64,000 bases of DNA from Candidatus Eremiobacteria bacterium (GTDB lineage Bacteria > Vulcanimicrobiota > Vulcanimicrobiia > Vulcanimicrobiales > Vulcanimicrobiaceae), in NCBI GenBank assembly GCA_963737065.1, contig CAVTRC010000001.1:800001-864000 (forward strand). The letters run 5' to 3'. Under the pieces are notes generated by a model. The model worked only from the letters and a program-made list of their open reading frames with translations, searched no databases and was not told the DNA's origin. The translations under genes and the position numbers were made by a program. Every line of letters begins with the position of its first letter. Positions within the stretch are counted from its first letter, which is position 1. This document shows positions 48,429-59,011 of this stretch, one piece after another.

Positions 48429-49184
48429 TCAGAGGGTGAAGCTGCGCTCCACGACGTCGCCCTCTGCGCCGAGCTTGCCGACGTGTCTTCCGTCGACAAA
48501 CACGTCCACGCCGCCCGCATTGCCGATTCGGACGACGGCGTTCTTTCCGTGGAACACGCGGGCGGTCCCGGCCGGAAACGTACCCTCCATGCTAACACTG
48601 CCGTCAACCGCTACCCTAATCCACGAAGCGGCCAGAAGCCGCACCTTGAGCGTCTTCGGCTCGTCGGAAGAGGCCGCGGCCGGGGACGCCAGCCCTCCAC
48701 CCGACATCGCCGGTGACGGCGAGCCGCCGGGCGGCTCCGTCGACATCGGCGATGCGGTATTAGAAGGAAGAGCGGCTGTCGCTTCGACTTGGCGCGCGTG
48801 CAGCGTGAACTCGTTGTAGAACACGAAAGCGACGAGCCCAACCGCGATGAGCGACGCAAGCCAAATCAGTGGAGAGAGGTTGCGCGGGCGCGGTTCATGG
48901 AGGCGCGAGATCGACGCAGACGCGGGCGGCGCACCTGCGGTCGCGGGACCGGATGGAGTCGCGCGGTTGAACTCGGCGACGACCTCTTCCGGATCGAGTC
49001 CCAGAAAGCGGGCGTACGTGCGAAGGAAGCCTCGGGTATAAACGGGCGCGCCGATTGCAGTCCAGTTCTCGTCTTCGATGGCACCGAGGTAGACCGAACG
49101 AATGCGGATCTGCTCGGCAACATCGGAGAGAGAGAGGCCGCGTGCCTCGCGTGCGGCGCGAAACCGTTCGCCCAATGCTGCCAT
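48429..49184 (-). CDS. rodZ: RodZ-like HTH / DUF4115 membrane protein
   Basis: [32 protein letters not shown], one [10 protein letters not shown]. Confidence 0.88.
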   Translation of the reverse strand: MAALGERFRAAREARGLSLSDVAEQIRIRSVYLGAIEDENWTAIGAPVYTRGFLRTYARFLGLDPEEVVAEFNRATPSGPATAGAPPASASISRLHEPRPRNLSPLIWLASLIAVGLVAFVFYNEFTLHARQVEATAALPSNTASPMSTEPPGGSPSPAMSGGGLASPAAASSDEPKTLKVRLLAASWIRVAVDGSVSMEGTFPAGTARVFHGKNAVVRIGNAGGVDVFVDGRHVGKLGAEGDVVERSFTL

Positions 49185-49230
49185 TGAGGGGTGGAGTTAT
49201 GCCCCTATTCCTGTTATCCTGTGCCACGGT

Positions 49231-50310
49231 ATGAGCCCTAAACCGCGCGTAATCGCTGCAATGAGCGGCGGCGTCGACTCCGCCGTCGCGGCCGGATTGC
49301 TCGTTGAAGCAGGTTACGATGTCGTCGGCGTGACGATGAAGATGTATTCGCCGACAAAAGCGCCGCATGCAAAAAGCTGCTGCGGCATCGACGATTTCGA
49401 CGACGCGCGCCGTAGCGCCGCAGTGCTCGGCATTGCGCACTACGTGCTGAACTTCGAAGAAACGTTTCGCCGCAGCGTGATCGAGCGCTTCGCGGACGAT
49501 TATGCGAACGGACGTACACCGAATCCGTGCGTTGCGTGCAACAACTTCGTCAAACTTGGAACGCTCGCGGAGTACGCACGCCGCCTGAACGCGCAATCGG
49601 TGGCGACCGGGCATTATGCGCGCGTGCAGCACCGCAATGACGGCCCGCATCTCTTTCGCACGGCGAACGCCAAAGATCAGTCGTACGCGCTCGCACAGCT
49701 GACGCCGGCACAGCTCTCGATGCTGCTGCTTCCGCTCGGCGACTTCGACAAGCAGGTGACGCGAGCGCATGCCAATCGCATGGGACTGCCGGTACACGAC
49801 AAGACGGAGTCGCAGGACATCTGCTTCGTGGAAGGCGGCGACTATCGCGACGTTCTCAAGCGCTTGCGCCCGGAAATCAACCGTGAAGGTGCGATTCGCG
49901 CGGCGTCCGGCGAACTCGTCGGCGCGCATGCGGGGATCGCGAACTATACCGTCGGACAACGGGCGAAACTGCCGGCGCACGACGACGGCGCGCGTTACGT
50001 CACGCGCATCGATCCGGAAACGAACACGATCCTGATCGGACGCGAAGACGAATTGATGGCGACGTCGCTCATCGCCGACGAAGTGAACGTAATTCGTCCC
50101 GAACGCTTTAGCCGTCCGCGCGCGCGAGTTCGCGCCATGGTGCGCTATCGGGCAACGCCCGCGCTTGCGTGCGCGAGCCTTTCGGGCGAAACGCTTACGT
50201 TGGAGTTTGACGAACCGGTGCGCGCTGTGAGCCCCGGGCAACTCGTCGCTATTTTCGACACGGACGGGACGGAAGTGCTCGGCGCGGCGACGATTCGTTC
50301 AGCTGCTTAG
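49231..50310 (+). CDS. mnmA: tRNA 2-thiouridylase
   Basis: [42 protein letters not shown]. Confidence 0.97.
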   Translation: MSPKPRVIAAMSGGVDSAVAAGLLVEAGYDVVGVTMKMYSPTKAPHAKSCCGIDDFDDARRSAAVLGIAHYVLNFEETFRRSVIERFADDYANGRTPNPCVACNNFVKLGTLAEYARRLNAQSVATGHYARVQHRNDGPHLFRTANAKDQSYALAQLTPAQLSMLLLPLGDFDKQVTRAHANRMGLPVHDKTESQDICFVEGGDYRDVLKRLRPEINREGAIRAASGELVGAHAGIANYTVGQRAKLPAHDDGARYVTRIDPETNTILIGREDELMATSLIADEVNVIRPERFSRPRARVRAMVRYRATPALACASLSGETLTLEFDEPVRAVSPGQLVAIFDTDGTEVLGAATIRSAA

Positions 50311-50313
50311 CGG

Positions 50314-51399
50314 CTATGCGGTCGCGGGTTCCATATCGCGCCGCACATTCCAATACGTGTCGCGAATAACCGGTTTGAAACCGGCCCCGATAATCGCGTT
50401 TTCGAGATCGCGACGCGTTGCGTCGTTGTTCGCACCGGCGTCGCGAACGACGCGATCTTCGATGATGACGCCGCCCATGTCATCGCACCCGTAAAAGAGC
50501 GCCAGTTGCCCCATCTTTAGTCCGGGCGTCAACCACGACGCCTGAAGGTGCGCAAAGTTATCGAGGTACAAGCGTGCGATGGCGAGCACCCGCAGATACT
50601 CGAGCGCGGTCGCCTCTTTTCCGCGAAGCGGCGTCTTGAACGGCACGTAGAACCAGGGGATGAACGCCGTGAATCCGCCGGTTTCATCTTGTAGTTCCCG
50701 CAACACGTCCATGTGCTCGATGCGTTCCGCGTCCGTTTCGATGGAGCCGTACATCATCGTCGCGGTGGTCGGCATGCCGAGGTGATGTGCCTGCCGCATC
50801 ACGTCGAGCCATTCGCGCGGCGTCACCTTGCGCGCGGAAATCCGTTTGCGTACCCGCTCGACGAGAATCTCGGCTCCTGCGCCCGGCAGTGACTTCAATC
50901 CGGCTGCCTTCAAACGAACGAGCACGTCGCGCGGTGTCGCGTTCTCGATCTTCGCGAGCCCCGTGACTTCCGATACGGAAAGCGAATGAATATCGACGTT
51001 CGGAAATTCGCGGCGAACGCGGTCGAACAGCTCTTCGAACCACTGCAAACGCAGTTCGGGATTGACACCGCCCTGAATCATGATCTGCGTCGCGCCGAGA
51101 TCGGCCGCTTTTTTGACCCGCGCGAGCACTTGATCGTGCGTGAGCGTACGCCCTTCTACGTGGTGTTCCGGCCGGAAGAACGCGCAGAACGAGCAGTGTA
51201 CGTTGCAAACGTTGGTATAATCGATCGTCGTATCGATAACGTACGAAACGGTATCGTGCGGATGCATGTCCATCCGGCGCGCGTGCGCCGCCATGCCGAG
51301 TTCGTGCAAGTCGGCGTCCCGATAGAGTTGCAGCCCTTCGTCAAACGAAAGGCGCCCGCCGTTTGCGGCGCGATCGAGCAACCTAGCGAGAGACGACAC
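50314..51399 (-). CDS. mqnC: Cyclic dehypoxanthine futalosine synthase
   Basis: YTNVCNVHCSFCAF, QGGVNP, PGAGAEIL, QASWLTPG; in an operon with mqnA and mqnE. Confidence 0.88.
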   Translation of the reverse strand: MSSLARLLDRAANGGRLSFDEGLQLYRDADLHELGMAAHARRMDMHPHDTVSYVIDTTIDYTNVCNVHCSFCAFFRPEHHVEGRTLTHDQVLARVKKAADLGATQIMIQGGVNPELRLQWFEELFDRVRREFPNVDIHSLSVSEVTGLAKIENATPRDVLVRLKAAGLKSLPGAGAEILVERVRKRISARKVTPREWLDVMRQAHHLGMPTTATMMYGSIETDAERIEHMDVLRELQDETGGFTAFIPWFYVPFKTPLRGKEATALEYLRVLAIARLYLDNFAHLQASWLTPGLKMGQLALFYGCDDMGGVIIEDRVVRDAGANNDATRRDLENAIIGAGFKPVIRDTYWNVRRDMEPATA

Positions 51400-52219
51400 C
51401 AATGACCTCCGGCAGCGATGACGGCACGCGTTCGATCGCGCCGATCGCATGTAGCTCACGGCAGTATGCGCGGAGACCGGCTTGCGCGGCGGAGTGAAAC
51501 GTAAAGTTCAATTTGCCGTAGTACCGCTCGTAAAATGCCTCGGAACGCGGACGCAGCCGCTGCGCTTCGGCAATCACCTCGTCCATGTGCGAGCGCGACC
51601 ACGTGTATGAATCGGTCAATGCGTGCATACACTCGCGAATCGCTTCCGCGTCACGCTCGTACGCATCGCGGCGCGCGGCCCATACCGCGAACACCGTTTG
51701 CGCGTGCGTCCATTCGTGCCAGAGCGTGCCGAGATCGTAAACGTGCTCGTGCGCAAAGCACTCGAGCGCATCGATGGCAGCATCACCGATCAAGAGCGCG
51801 GGCGCTCCGGCGGCGGCTTCCTCCAACGGATTCGCGGACTCGGCATAGTGCGGACGCACGCCATAACGGCGTTCCAACACGACGCGCAGCAAGTTGCGGC
51901 CGCTCGCCGATTCGGCGGTCAGCGCGATGCGCATGCCGTCAAGCAATGCGGGGGGCGTTTGCGAGACGAGCACGACGGACACGACTTCGTCGCGCGCGCC
52001 GATGCACAAGTCCGGCAGCAACACGAGTTGGTCGCAGTGCTTCGCCCACGCGAACGCACTGATCGGACTCAAGTCCAAGTCGCCTGCAAGCAGCATCGCG
52101 TTCAGGTTTGCCGGCACGTCGGCGTGAAGGCTTCCGGGATACTCGATGACGCCCGAATCGAACGCAGTATAGATCGGCAGATCGTTCGTGTAGATGATCC
52201 GTCCGCATCGGAGCGACAT
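51383..52219 (-). CDS. mqnA: Chorismate dehydratase (MqnA/MqnD family)
   Basis: GRIIYTNDLP, VVSVVL, LIGDAA, YDLGTLW, VFAVW. Confidence 0.9.
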   Translation of the reverse strand: MSLRCGRIIYTNDLPIYTAFDSGVIEYPGSLHADVPANLNAMLLAGDLDLSPISAFAWAKHCDQLVLLPDLCIGARDEVVSVVLVSQTPPALLDGMRIALTAESASGRNLLRVVLERRYGVRPHYAESANPLEEAAAGAPALLIGDAAIDALECFAHEHVYDLGTLWHEWTHAQTVFAVWAARRDAYERDAEAIRECMHALTDSYTWSRSHMDEVIAEAQRLRPRSEAFYERYYGKLNFTFHSAAQAGLRAYCRELHAIGAIERVPSSLPEVIGVVSR

Positions 52220-53436
52220 TAAGCGTCCCCGGCGGCTGCGCCGACCGCGGGCGCGCATGCTGAGCCGCGGAGTGCCGGTTCGACGAGCGGCGTCCCCGAT
52301 TGCGTCGAACACGCAGTTGCCGTTGGCGTCCAGTCATAGGGAAATTCGTCGTACGTCGAGTTGCGTCGTACGGGAACGTATCCGGCATCCTCGATCAACC
52401 GTCGGAATTCGCGATCGTCGACATATTGACCCGATTGCGTTCCCGACGAGTGATAAATCATCTCTTCGTCGGTCGAACCGTGCGTGCCGTCCATGTCGTC
52501 TGCGCCGAATTGGAGCGCGACCTGGCAAATCTTCAAACCCTGGATCATCCAGTACGCTTTGATGTGATCGAAGTTGTCGAGCATCAACCGCGCAACGGCG
52601 AAGGTTTTCAGATCGTCGAGTCCGCTCGTCCATCCGCAGTGTGAGAGCTCGTTGCCGTCGGGATGGAACGCTAGCGGGATGAACGCGTTGAATCCGGGCG
52701 AGCGCTCTTGCGACTGACGCAACTTGATGAGGTGATCGACGCGATCCTCGAGCGATTCGATGTGACCGTAGAGCATCGTTGCATTCGATGCGACGCCTTG
52801 GCGGTGAAGCTCTTCGTGAATGACGAGCCAGTTTTCGCCGGAGACCTTGTTCGCGCAGATCTTCGACCTCGTCGGTTCACCGAGGATCTCCGCAGCGCCG
52901 CCGTTGACGTTATCGAGGCCCGCGTCTTTGAGTGCCTTGATGATGTCGGAGAAGCTCATGCGATGCCGCTTCGCCATGTATTCGATCTCCGCCGCGGTAA
53001 AAAACGACAGCTGCACGTGCGGGAGCGCTTCTTTGAATCGCCGCATCAGCGGAAGCCAATAGTCCAGGGAAAGCTGGCGAGGATCGTGTCCGCCGACGAT
53101 GTGGATTTGATTGAAGTTCGAGCCGGTCTCCAGCGCCTTCGCGAAGACCTGATCGGCAGTCATTCGAAAGACGCGTTGCGGCTCTTTGAATTCATCGGCA
53201 GCAAACGAACAGAACTTGCAGTTGGCATAGCACACGTTCGTCGAATTGATGTAGCGATTCAGAACGTAGAAAACGTTCTTGCCGCTTTTGCGCTCCTTAC
53301 GCGCCCGCGCAAGGCGTCCGAGGTTATGCAAATCGTGGGTCCGGTAGAGCGCGAGGCCGTCGTCCATCGAAAGCGGAACGCCCGCATCGAGTTTGCGCTC
53401 GATCTCCACGAGCGCCGGATCCAGTGCGTATGCCAT
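52219..53436 (-). CDS. mqnE: Aminofutalosine synthase
   Basis: NSTNVCYANCKFCSF, HIVGG, NATMLYGHIE, HIKAYW. Confidence 0.9.
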   Translation of the reverse strand: MAYALDPALVEIERKLDAGVPLSMDDGLALYRTHDLHNLGRLARARKERKSGKNVFYVLNRYINSTNVCYANCKFCSFAADEFKEPQRVFRMTADQVFAKALETGSNFNQIHIVGGHDPRQLSLDYWLPLMRRFKEALPHVQLSFFTAAEIEYMAKRHRMSFSDIIKALKDAGLDNVNGGAAEILGEPTRSKICANKVSGENWLVIHEELHRQGVASNATMLYGHIESLEDRVDHLIKLRQSQERSPGFNAFIPLAFHPDGNELSHCGWTSGLDDLKTFAVARLMLDNFDHIKAYWMIQGLKICQVALQFGADDMDGTHGSTDEEMIYHSSGTQSGQYVDDREFRRLIEDAGYVPVRRNSTYDEFPYDWTPTATACSTQSGTPLVEPALRGSACAPAVGAAAGDA

Positions 53437-53481
53437 TGCCGCTCTATTCTAAAGACGTGGCAGACAGCCCCTCGAAGACGT

Positions 53482-54069
53482 TTATCGCGTGCGCGGGTTA
53501 ACGGCGGCTAAGGCGGCTACCACGGTGACGCCCCACAGAAAGCCGCCAAGCAAGTCGGTGAGGTAGTGCGCACCGAGCGCGAGTCGCGACCAGATGATGG
53601 CGCCGCCTAAGCCGACAAGCACTGTCCCCACGACCCGGGTTCTTTGCCACGCAAAGACACCCAGCAACATGTAAAACCCGGTTGCGATTGCGGCGTGCGA
53701 ACTTGGATAGGAAAACGCCGTCTCATGCTTCACGACCCAATCCAGGCGGCGCGGGCGGGCGAACACGTGTTGAAAGAAATCCGCTCCCTGCCACGCGAGC
53801 AACAATGCAACGATGGCGTACGCCGCACGCCACCGCCAGCGCGGATACCGTATCGCAATCGCGATCAACGCAACGCAGCACGGTACGAGGACATAGGCAT
53901 ACCCGAGCCATGTAAACCACCACGCGACAAGACTCGAATGATTTACCCACGATGCTTCCAGCGTAAGAAGCCACGCCGGATCGGGCTGATGATCGACAGA
54001 AAAAGCGAGTGCCAAAAAGAGCGCAAATGCGACGGCCGCAACGCCTCCGGGAACGATTCTACCGCGCAT
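53482..54069 (-). CDS. PAP2 family membrane phosphatase
   Basis: SYPSSHA, SRLALGAHYLTDLLGG; start at 54069 or 54102. Confidence 0.88.
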   Translation of the reverse strand: MRGRIVPGGVAAVAFALFLALAFSVDHQPDPAWLLTLEASWVNHSSLVAWWFTWLGYAYVLVPCCVALIAIAIRYPRWRWRAAYAIVALLLAWQGADFFQHVFARPRRLDWVVKHETAFSYPSSHAAIATGFYMLLGVFAWQRTRVVGTVLVGLGGAIIWSRLALGAHYLTDLLGGFLWGVTVVAALAAVNPRTR

Positions 54070-54105
54070 TGGGAAGACGACGTGCACTCCTGGCGACTCC
54101 AAAGC

Positions 54106-54663
54106 TTAGACCTTGAGCGAGCCGCGAAAACCTCTAGCCGCGTAGTAAGATTCCGCACCGTTATGATAGATGAACACCGCGCCGTAGCGACGATCGCAAA
54201 AGAGCGCGCCTCCGGCTTTTCGGATATCAGACGGCGTTTGCACCCAGCTCGACGTTTTCATATCGAACTCTCCGAGGTTTTGCAATTCGCGATATTGTTG
54301 TTCCGTTAAAAGCTCAATGCCCATGGCAGCCGCCATCTGAACAGCGCTACCCTGGGGTTTATGTTCTTTCCTTGACTCCAGCGCTTCACGGTCGTAGCAA
54401 AGACTTCTGCGGCCTCTAGGACTGTCAACCGAACAATCATAAAACACGTATTCGCCCGTCTTCTTATCATGACCGACGACATCCGGTTCGCCACCGGTCC
54501 GTTCCATTTGGTGAAGCGACGATAGTTTCTCGATCTTGGGCTCAAGTTTCGCCTGTATTTTGATCCAATCGAGATGCCGGTGGCGGTTCATGTTTTCTTC
54601 AAAACGTACTTTCAACGTTTCTAGTAGATCTTCACGTTGTTTGGGCGTCAACTTTTTCAGCAC
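54106..54663 (-). CDS. DUF4256 domain protein
   Basis: MERTGGEPDVV, GRRSLCYDREAL, YHNGAESYYAARGFRG. Confidence 0.85.
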   Translation of the reverse strand: MLKKLTPKQREDLLETLKVRFEENMNRHRHLDWIKIQAKLEPKIEKLSSLHQMERTGGEPDVVGHDKKTGEYVFYDCSVDSPRGRRSLCYDREALESRKEHKPQGSAVQMAAAMGIELLTEQQYRELQNLGEFDMKTSSWVQTPSDIRKAGGALFCDRRYGAVFIYHNGAESYYAARGFRGSLKV

Positions 54664-54666
54664 GCT

Positions 54667-56904
54667 TTAGAACAGTTCTTGCTGCGCTTCCTCGGACTTG
54701 CCCAGGCGTGGTGCAATCACTTCCAAGTCGGCTAGACCGATCAGAATTTTGCGCGGCTTCGTGCCTTCGTGCGGCCCGACGACTTTGTAGTCTTCGAGTT
54801 GCTTCATCAAACGAACCGCGCGCGGATGACCGATGGAAAATTGCGACTGCAGTTGCGCCGTCGAGGCGTAGTTGGTTTCGATGATAAACTTCGCCGCATC
54901 GTAGCAGAGGGGGTCGGCGTCCTTCTTGCCGTTCGCGTCGTCGTCGGAGACCGGCACGACGTCGACATCGAGCAAATTATCCGGACGCGCCTGCTCCGCC
55001 CAAAAATCGACGAGCCGATTGACCTCGTTGCCGGTAATCAACGCGCCTTGCGCGCGAACCGGCTTCGGCGCGTCGATCGGTAGATACAGCATGTCGCCGC
55101 GGCCCAGCAGCCGTTCGGCACCCGCCATGTCGAGAATCGTCCGTGAGTCGACTTGAGAACTGACGGCAAACGCAATGCGCGACGGAATGTTTGCTTTGAT
55201 CAAGCCGGTGATCACGTCGACCGATGGACGCTGGGTTGCAACGATCAGATGAATGCCGGTCGCGCGCGCCAGTTGAGCGAGGCGCATGATCGATGTTTCC
55301 ACTTTGGCCGGCGCAACGAGCATCAAGTCGGCAAGCTCGTCGATGACGATCACGACATACGGAAGTTTCTCGTCGGGAAACTTCGCGTTGTACTCTTCGA
55401 TCTTCCGCACGCCCGCCTTCGCGAACCGCTCGTAGCGCGTGTCCATCTCCTTCGTCATCTCGAAGAGCGCGCCCGCGGCAAGCCGCGCGTCCGTAATCAC
55501 GTCTTTGATGAGATGTGGAATGCCGTTGTAGACGGTTAACTCGACCCGCTTTGGATCGATCATGAGCATCTGCACTTGGTCCGGTGTCGCGGATACTAGC
55601 AGCGATGCGATGATCGTGTTCAAGCAAACCGATTTGCCGGAACCGGTCGCACCCGCGACAAGTAAATGCGGCATTTTGCCGAGGTCGCCGAACACCGGGC
55701 GCCCGGTGATGTCTTTCCCGAGCGCCATCCAAAGCGGCGGAACCGTGCCGCGATTCGGAAGCGCGTCGAGAATCTCGCGAATCGCGACGATCGATACGGT
55801 GGAATTCGGCACTTCGATGCCGACGGCCGATTTGCCGGGAATCGGCGCTTCGATACGCACGCTCGTTGCTGCGAGCGCAAGCGCAAGATCGTCCGCAAGC
55901 GACGCAATTTTTGAAATCTTCACGCCGCGCTCGGGCTTGAGTTCGTAGCGTGTAATCGAAGGCCCGCGCTCGATGTGTGTAACTTTTGCGCCGACGCCGA
56001 AGCTCGCAAGCGTGTCTTCCAGCACGTGCGCGCGATTGCTGTCGTCTGCTGCTTGCACTTGCGGAGGATCGAAAAGCGCGAGATCCGGCAGATAATAGGT
56101 GCGCGTCGCGGCAAGATCGGGCGCTTCGTAATCGCCGACGATCATATCGATCTCTTCTTCTAACCGCGCGGTCACCATCGCAGGCACGACCGGCGCGAAC
56201 ACCGCGGAAACCGGCGCTATCGACGTCGTTTCATCGACGTCCTCGTCGCCATCGCCGATCTGGTCGACGTCGTGCGGTTCTTCAAGATCGAAGACCGAAG
56301 CGCGGACTTTCGGCACCTTCGGTTCGCGCTGCGGCAGCTTCGGCAACGCGAACGCATCGCGCAACGAGGCGTGCCCTTCCGGCAGGGAAAGCTTCCATTT
56401 CGGCATTTCGGCCGGACGCAGCCGCGCAAGTCCGACGACGACGAGCCCGATGATCTTCTTCAAACTGACTTGTGTCAAATAGAGCGTCAACGACAACGCC
56501 GCGATCACGAGAATGACCCAGGCACCCGCGGTTCCGATAAGCGCCGCCAGCGCCCACCAGATGGTGCTGCCGACGCTCCCGCCGCGAACGACGCCGCGCG
56601 AACCGAATGCAGCGTCGATCATCAGAAAATAGGCCAGCGCGGCGCTGCCGAGGCTCGCAATCATGCGGGGAACGTTGATTTCGAGAAAGATGATAGCGCC
56701 GAAGAGTGCGACGAGCACCGGGAAAAGCGGTGCACCTCCTCCAAACAAGTCGCGCAACCCGCCGGCCGTGAAGCGGCCGATGTTGCCCGCGTGCTCAGGC
56801 AGTGCGAGAGCGATACCGAAAAGCAGCGCCACTCCGATGGCGCCGATCCCGACGATCTCGAGATTGAGTTTTCGTGCATTCGCCTTCCGGCGTACGCGTG
56901 CCAT
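54667..56904 (-). CDS. ftsK: DNA translocase FtsK/SpoIIIE
   Basis: N-terminal TMs, RIEAPIPGKS, AGATGSGKS, IDELADLM, ATQRPSVDVITG, gamma domain. Confidence 0.97.
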   Translation of the reverse strand: MARVRRKANARKLNLEIVGIGAIGVALLFGIALALPEHAGNIGRFTAGGLRDLFGGGAPLFPVLVALFGAIIFLEINVPRMIASLGSAALAYFLMIDAAFGSRGVVRGGSVGSTIWWALAALIGTAGAWVILVIAALSLTLYLTQVSLKKIIGLVVVGLARLRPAEMPKWKLSLPEGHASLRDAFALPKLPQREPKVPKVRASVFDLEEPHDVDQIGDGDEDVDETTSIAPVSAVFAPVVPAMVTARLEEEIDMIVGDYEAPDLAATRTYYLPDLALFDPPQVQAADDSNRAHVLEDTLASFGVGAKVTHIERGPSITRYELKPERGVKISKIASLADDLALALAATSVRIEAPIPGKSAVGIEVPNSTVSIVAIREILDALPNRGTVPPLWMALGKDITGRPVFGDLGKMPHLLVAGATGSGKSVCLNTIIASLLVSATPDQVQMLMIDPKRVELTVYNGIPHLIKDVITDARLAAGALFEMTKEMDTRYERFAKAGVRKIEEYNAKFPDEKLPYVVIVIDELADLMLVAPAKVETSIMRLAQLARATGIHLIVATQRPSVDVITGLIKANIPSRIAFAVSSQVDSRTILDMAGAERLLGRGDMLYLPIDAPKPVRAQGALITGNEVNRLVDFWAEQARPDNLLDVDVVPVSDDDANGKKDADPLCYDAAKFIIETNYASTAQLQSQFSIGHPRAVRLMKQLEDYKVVGPHEGTKPRKILIGLADLEVIAPRLGKSEEAQQELF

Positions 56905-56940
56905 GGAATCTATCGTTTCGTCGTTATACTAGGAGTTCAT

Positions 56941-58035
56941 TTGCCTACGCCCACGATCGTCGTCCTCGATGGCGACCAGACCGGACAAGAGTTGCTCGCC
57001 GAATCGCTTCGCGTTCTCGATAAATCGGTGATCGACATCGAGCTCGCGTTCGAACACTTCGATCTTTCACTCGAGAACCGCCGCGCAACAAATAATCAAG
57101 TCGTGCGCGATTCCGCCGAAGCGATGAGGACGCATAAGTTCGGATTGAAAGCCGCGACCATAACGCCCGAGCAAAGGGACGATGTCGGATCGCCCAACGC
57201 CATCCTGCGCAAGGCAATCGGCGGCAAAGTGATCGTGCGCACCGGGCGGAAACTTCCTCGCGTTCGGCCTGTCGCTGGAATCCACGCACCGATTTCGGTC
57301 GTGCGTATGGCGGTCGGCGATGCGTACGGCGCAAAAGAGTGGCGCGAAGGCGAAGGTACGAGCGAAGTCGCGCATCGCACGGAAACGATCGACCGTAGCG
57401 TGTGCCGATACGTTTCGGAATACGCCTTCGTGCATGCTAAAAAAATGAACGCAAAAGTTTTTGGGGGTCCGAAGTACACCGTCAGCCCGGTGTACGAAGG
57501 AATGCTCAAAGAAGAGATGGATGCGGCGGCTGCGCGTCATCCGGAGGTCGCATACGAGCCGCAATTGATCGACGCGACGTACGCGCTGCTGCTTTCCAAT
57601 CCGGGCGACGTGCCGCTCGTTATTCCGACACTGAATCGCGACGGCGATTGTCTCTCTGATTTGGTCATGCAACTCTTCGGATCGATTGCGGGCGCGGAGT
57701 CCGTACTGCTCTCATTCGATCCTTCGACAAGCTCAGGACAAGTTCCAAAGGTAGACGTCGTGATGGCGGAAGCGCCGCACGGTACGGCGCCGCGGCTCTT
57801 CGGAAAGAACGTCGCAAACCCCCTTGCAATGATTCTCGCGGCCGGCGCGCTCCTTTCGTACATCGACGACAAGCACGCGTCGAATGCGTCTCGCGCCGTA
57901 TACGAATCGGCGCTCGAAGCGGTGCACGGCGGCATAGCGACCGCGGATCTGGGCGGAAGCGCGACGACAACGGAGTTCACCGACGCGGTGATCGAAGGCG
58001 TCCGGCGTAAGCTCGACGTGTGGTCGCTACTGTAA
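56941..58035 (+). CDS. Isocitrate/isopropylmalate dehydrogenase family, likely isocitrate dehydrogenase
   Basis: AGGAG RBS then TTG 56941; KAATITP, SPNAILR, NRDGDCLSD, EAPHGTAP, NPLAMILA. Confidence 0.88.
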   Translation: MPTPTIVVLDGDQTGQELLAESLRVLDKSVIDIELAFEHFDLSLENRRATNNQVVRDSAEAMRTHKFGLKAATITPEQRDDVGSPNAILRKAIGGKVIVRTGRKLPRVRPVAGIHAPISVVRMAVGDAYGAKEWREGEGTSEVAHRTETIDRSVCRYVSEYAFVHAKKMNAKVFGGPKYTVSPVYEGMLKEEMDAAAARHPEVAYEPQLIDATYALLLSNPGDVPLVIPTLNRDGDCLSDLVMQLFGSIAGAESVLLSFDPSTSSGQVPKVDVVMAEAPHGTAPRLFGKNVANPLAMILAAGALLSYIDDKHASNASRAVYESALEAVHGGIATADLGGSATTTEFTDAVIEGVRRKLDVWSLL

Positions 58036-58123
58036 AGATTGACACAAGGCCGCCCGCTAAACTACTTCGCGGTCTGTCGCCCGTTAAGGAGGCAAGGGTG
58101 CCCTGCCGAACCCCATTAGTGAG

Positions 58124-58993
58124 ATGTTATGGCTTGGCCGCCACCCAGCCGAGCGGCGTTATTCGGGCGAGAGCAATCGGCGGCGATTCTACCGGCAGTC
58201 CATCGAGCTACCGATCGCGATCGCTGTAGCCGGTTTGCCTGCGCCCGTGTACGGGACGCTCGTCGATATTTCGGAAACCGGCTGCCGTCTCCGGTCGCTC
58301 ATACTGATCGACCGCGACCGCGACGTCGAATTCGAACTCCAGCGGCCAAACCAGGCCGCGTTCCTTTTAATGGGCCGCATCGTCACCCGCGCGATTCCGC
58401 AAAAACGCGGCGGATACGAGTACGGCGTCAGCTTCGCTCGTATGGCGACGACCGAACGGGCGGCGCTGTCCCGAGAGATTCGCGAGATCGAGCGGCGGGA
58501 AGCGCGCTCTCGCGCCGACCGCCGCTCTCATATAACGCTGCGCGCCATTGCGAAAAGCGCGAGCCAGCGGCGTGGATCGGTGCGGACGATGGCGGCGTTT
58601 CCCGTCCGCTATCGCGCGGATACCAAGCCACCGGTGGCCGCTTTGGCAAACGATATATCGGCTGGCGGCTTGCGGCTGTTAACGCAAGAGTTGCTCGTCG
58701 TCGGCGCCGTCGTCCGGATGTGCTTCACGCTTCCAAATGATTTTCTCTTCGTCTATCCGCCCGCGGCTGAGCGCGTGGAGATGAGCCCGTTCGGACCGCG
58801 GCGGCTGCGGATTCCGGACAATCGACGTCCCTTCGAAGAAATGACGGTCCACGGACGGATCGTCTCGCGATTCCAGCCGCGCAACGGTCGTGAAGTCTTT
58901 GGTGTGGAGTTCACGGACGTCGACGGTTACCAGAGTGAGGAAATCGCTCGGTTCACACACGCAGTCCAATTAGCAAAACTCCGAACGGAATAG
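58124..58993 (+). CDS. Tandem PilZ-domain protein (paralogue 1)
   Basis: RRRFYR..DISETG and QRRGSVR..DISAGG (RxxxR plus D-x-S-x-x-G, twice). Confidence 0.88.
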   Translation: MLWLGRHPAERRYSGESNRRRFYRQSIELPIAIAVAGLPAPVYGTLVDISETGCRLRSLILIDRDRDVEFELQRPNQAAFLLMGRIVTRAIPQKRGGYEYGVSFARMATTERAALSREIREIERREARSRADRRSHITLRAIAKSASQRRGSVRTMAAFPVRYRADTKPPVAALANDISAGGLRLLTQELLVVGAVVRMCFTLPNDFLFVYPPAAERVEMSPFGPRRLRIPDNRRPFEEMTVHGRIVSRFQPRNGREVFGVEFTDVDGYQSEEIARFTHAVQLAKLRTE

Positions 58994-59011
58994 AGTGCTG
59001 GGAGAAAGACC

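Noticed and set aside
56272..56940. 223-aa N-terminal extension of the IDH-family ORF
   Set aside because: Antisense to ftsK; AGGAG plus TTG at 56941 gives a normal-length enzyme
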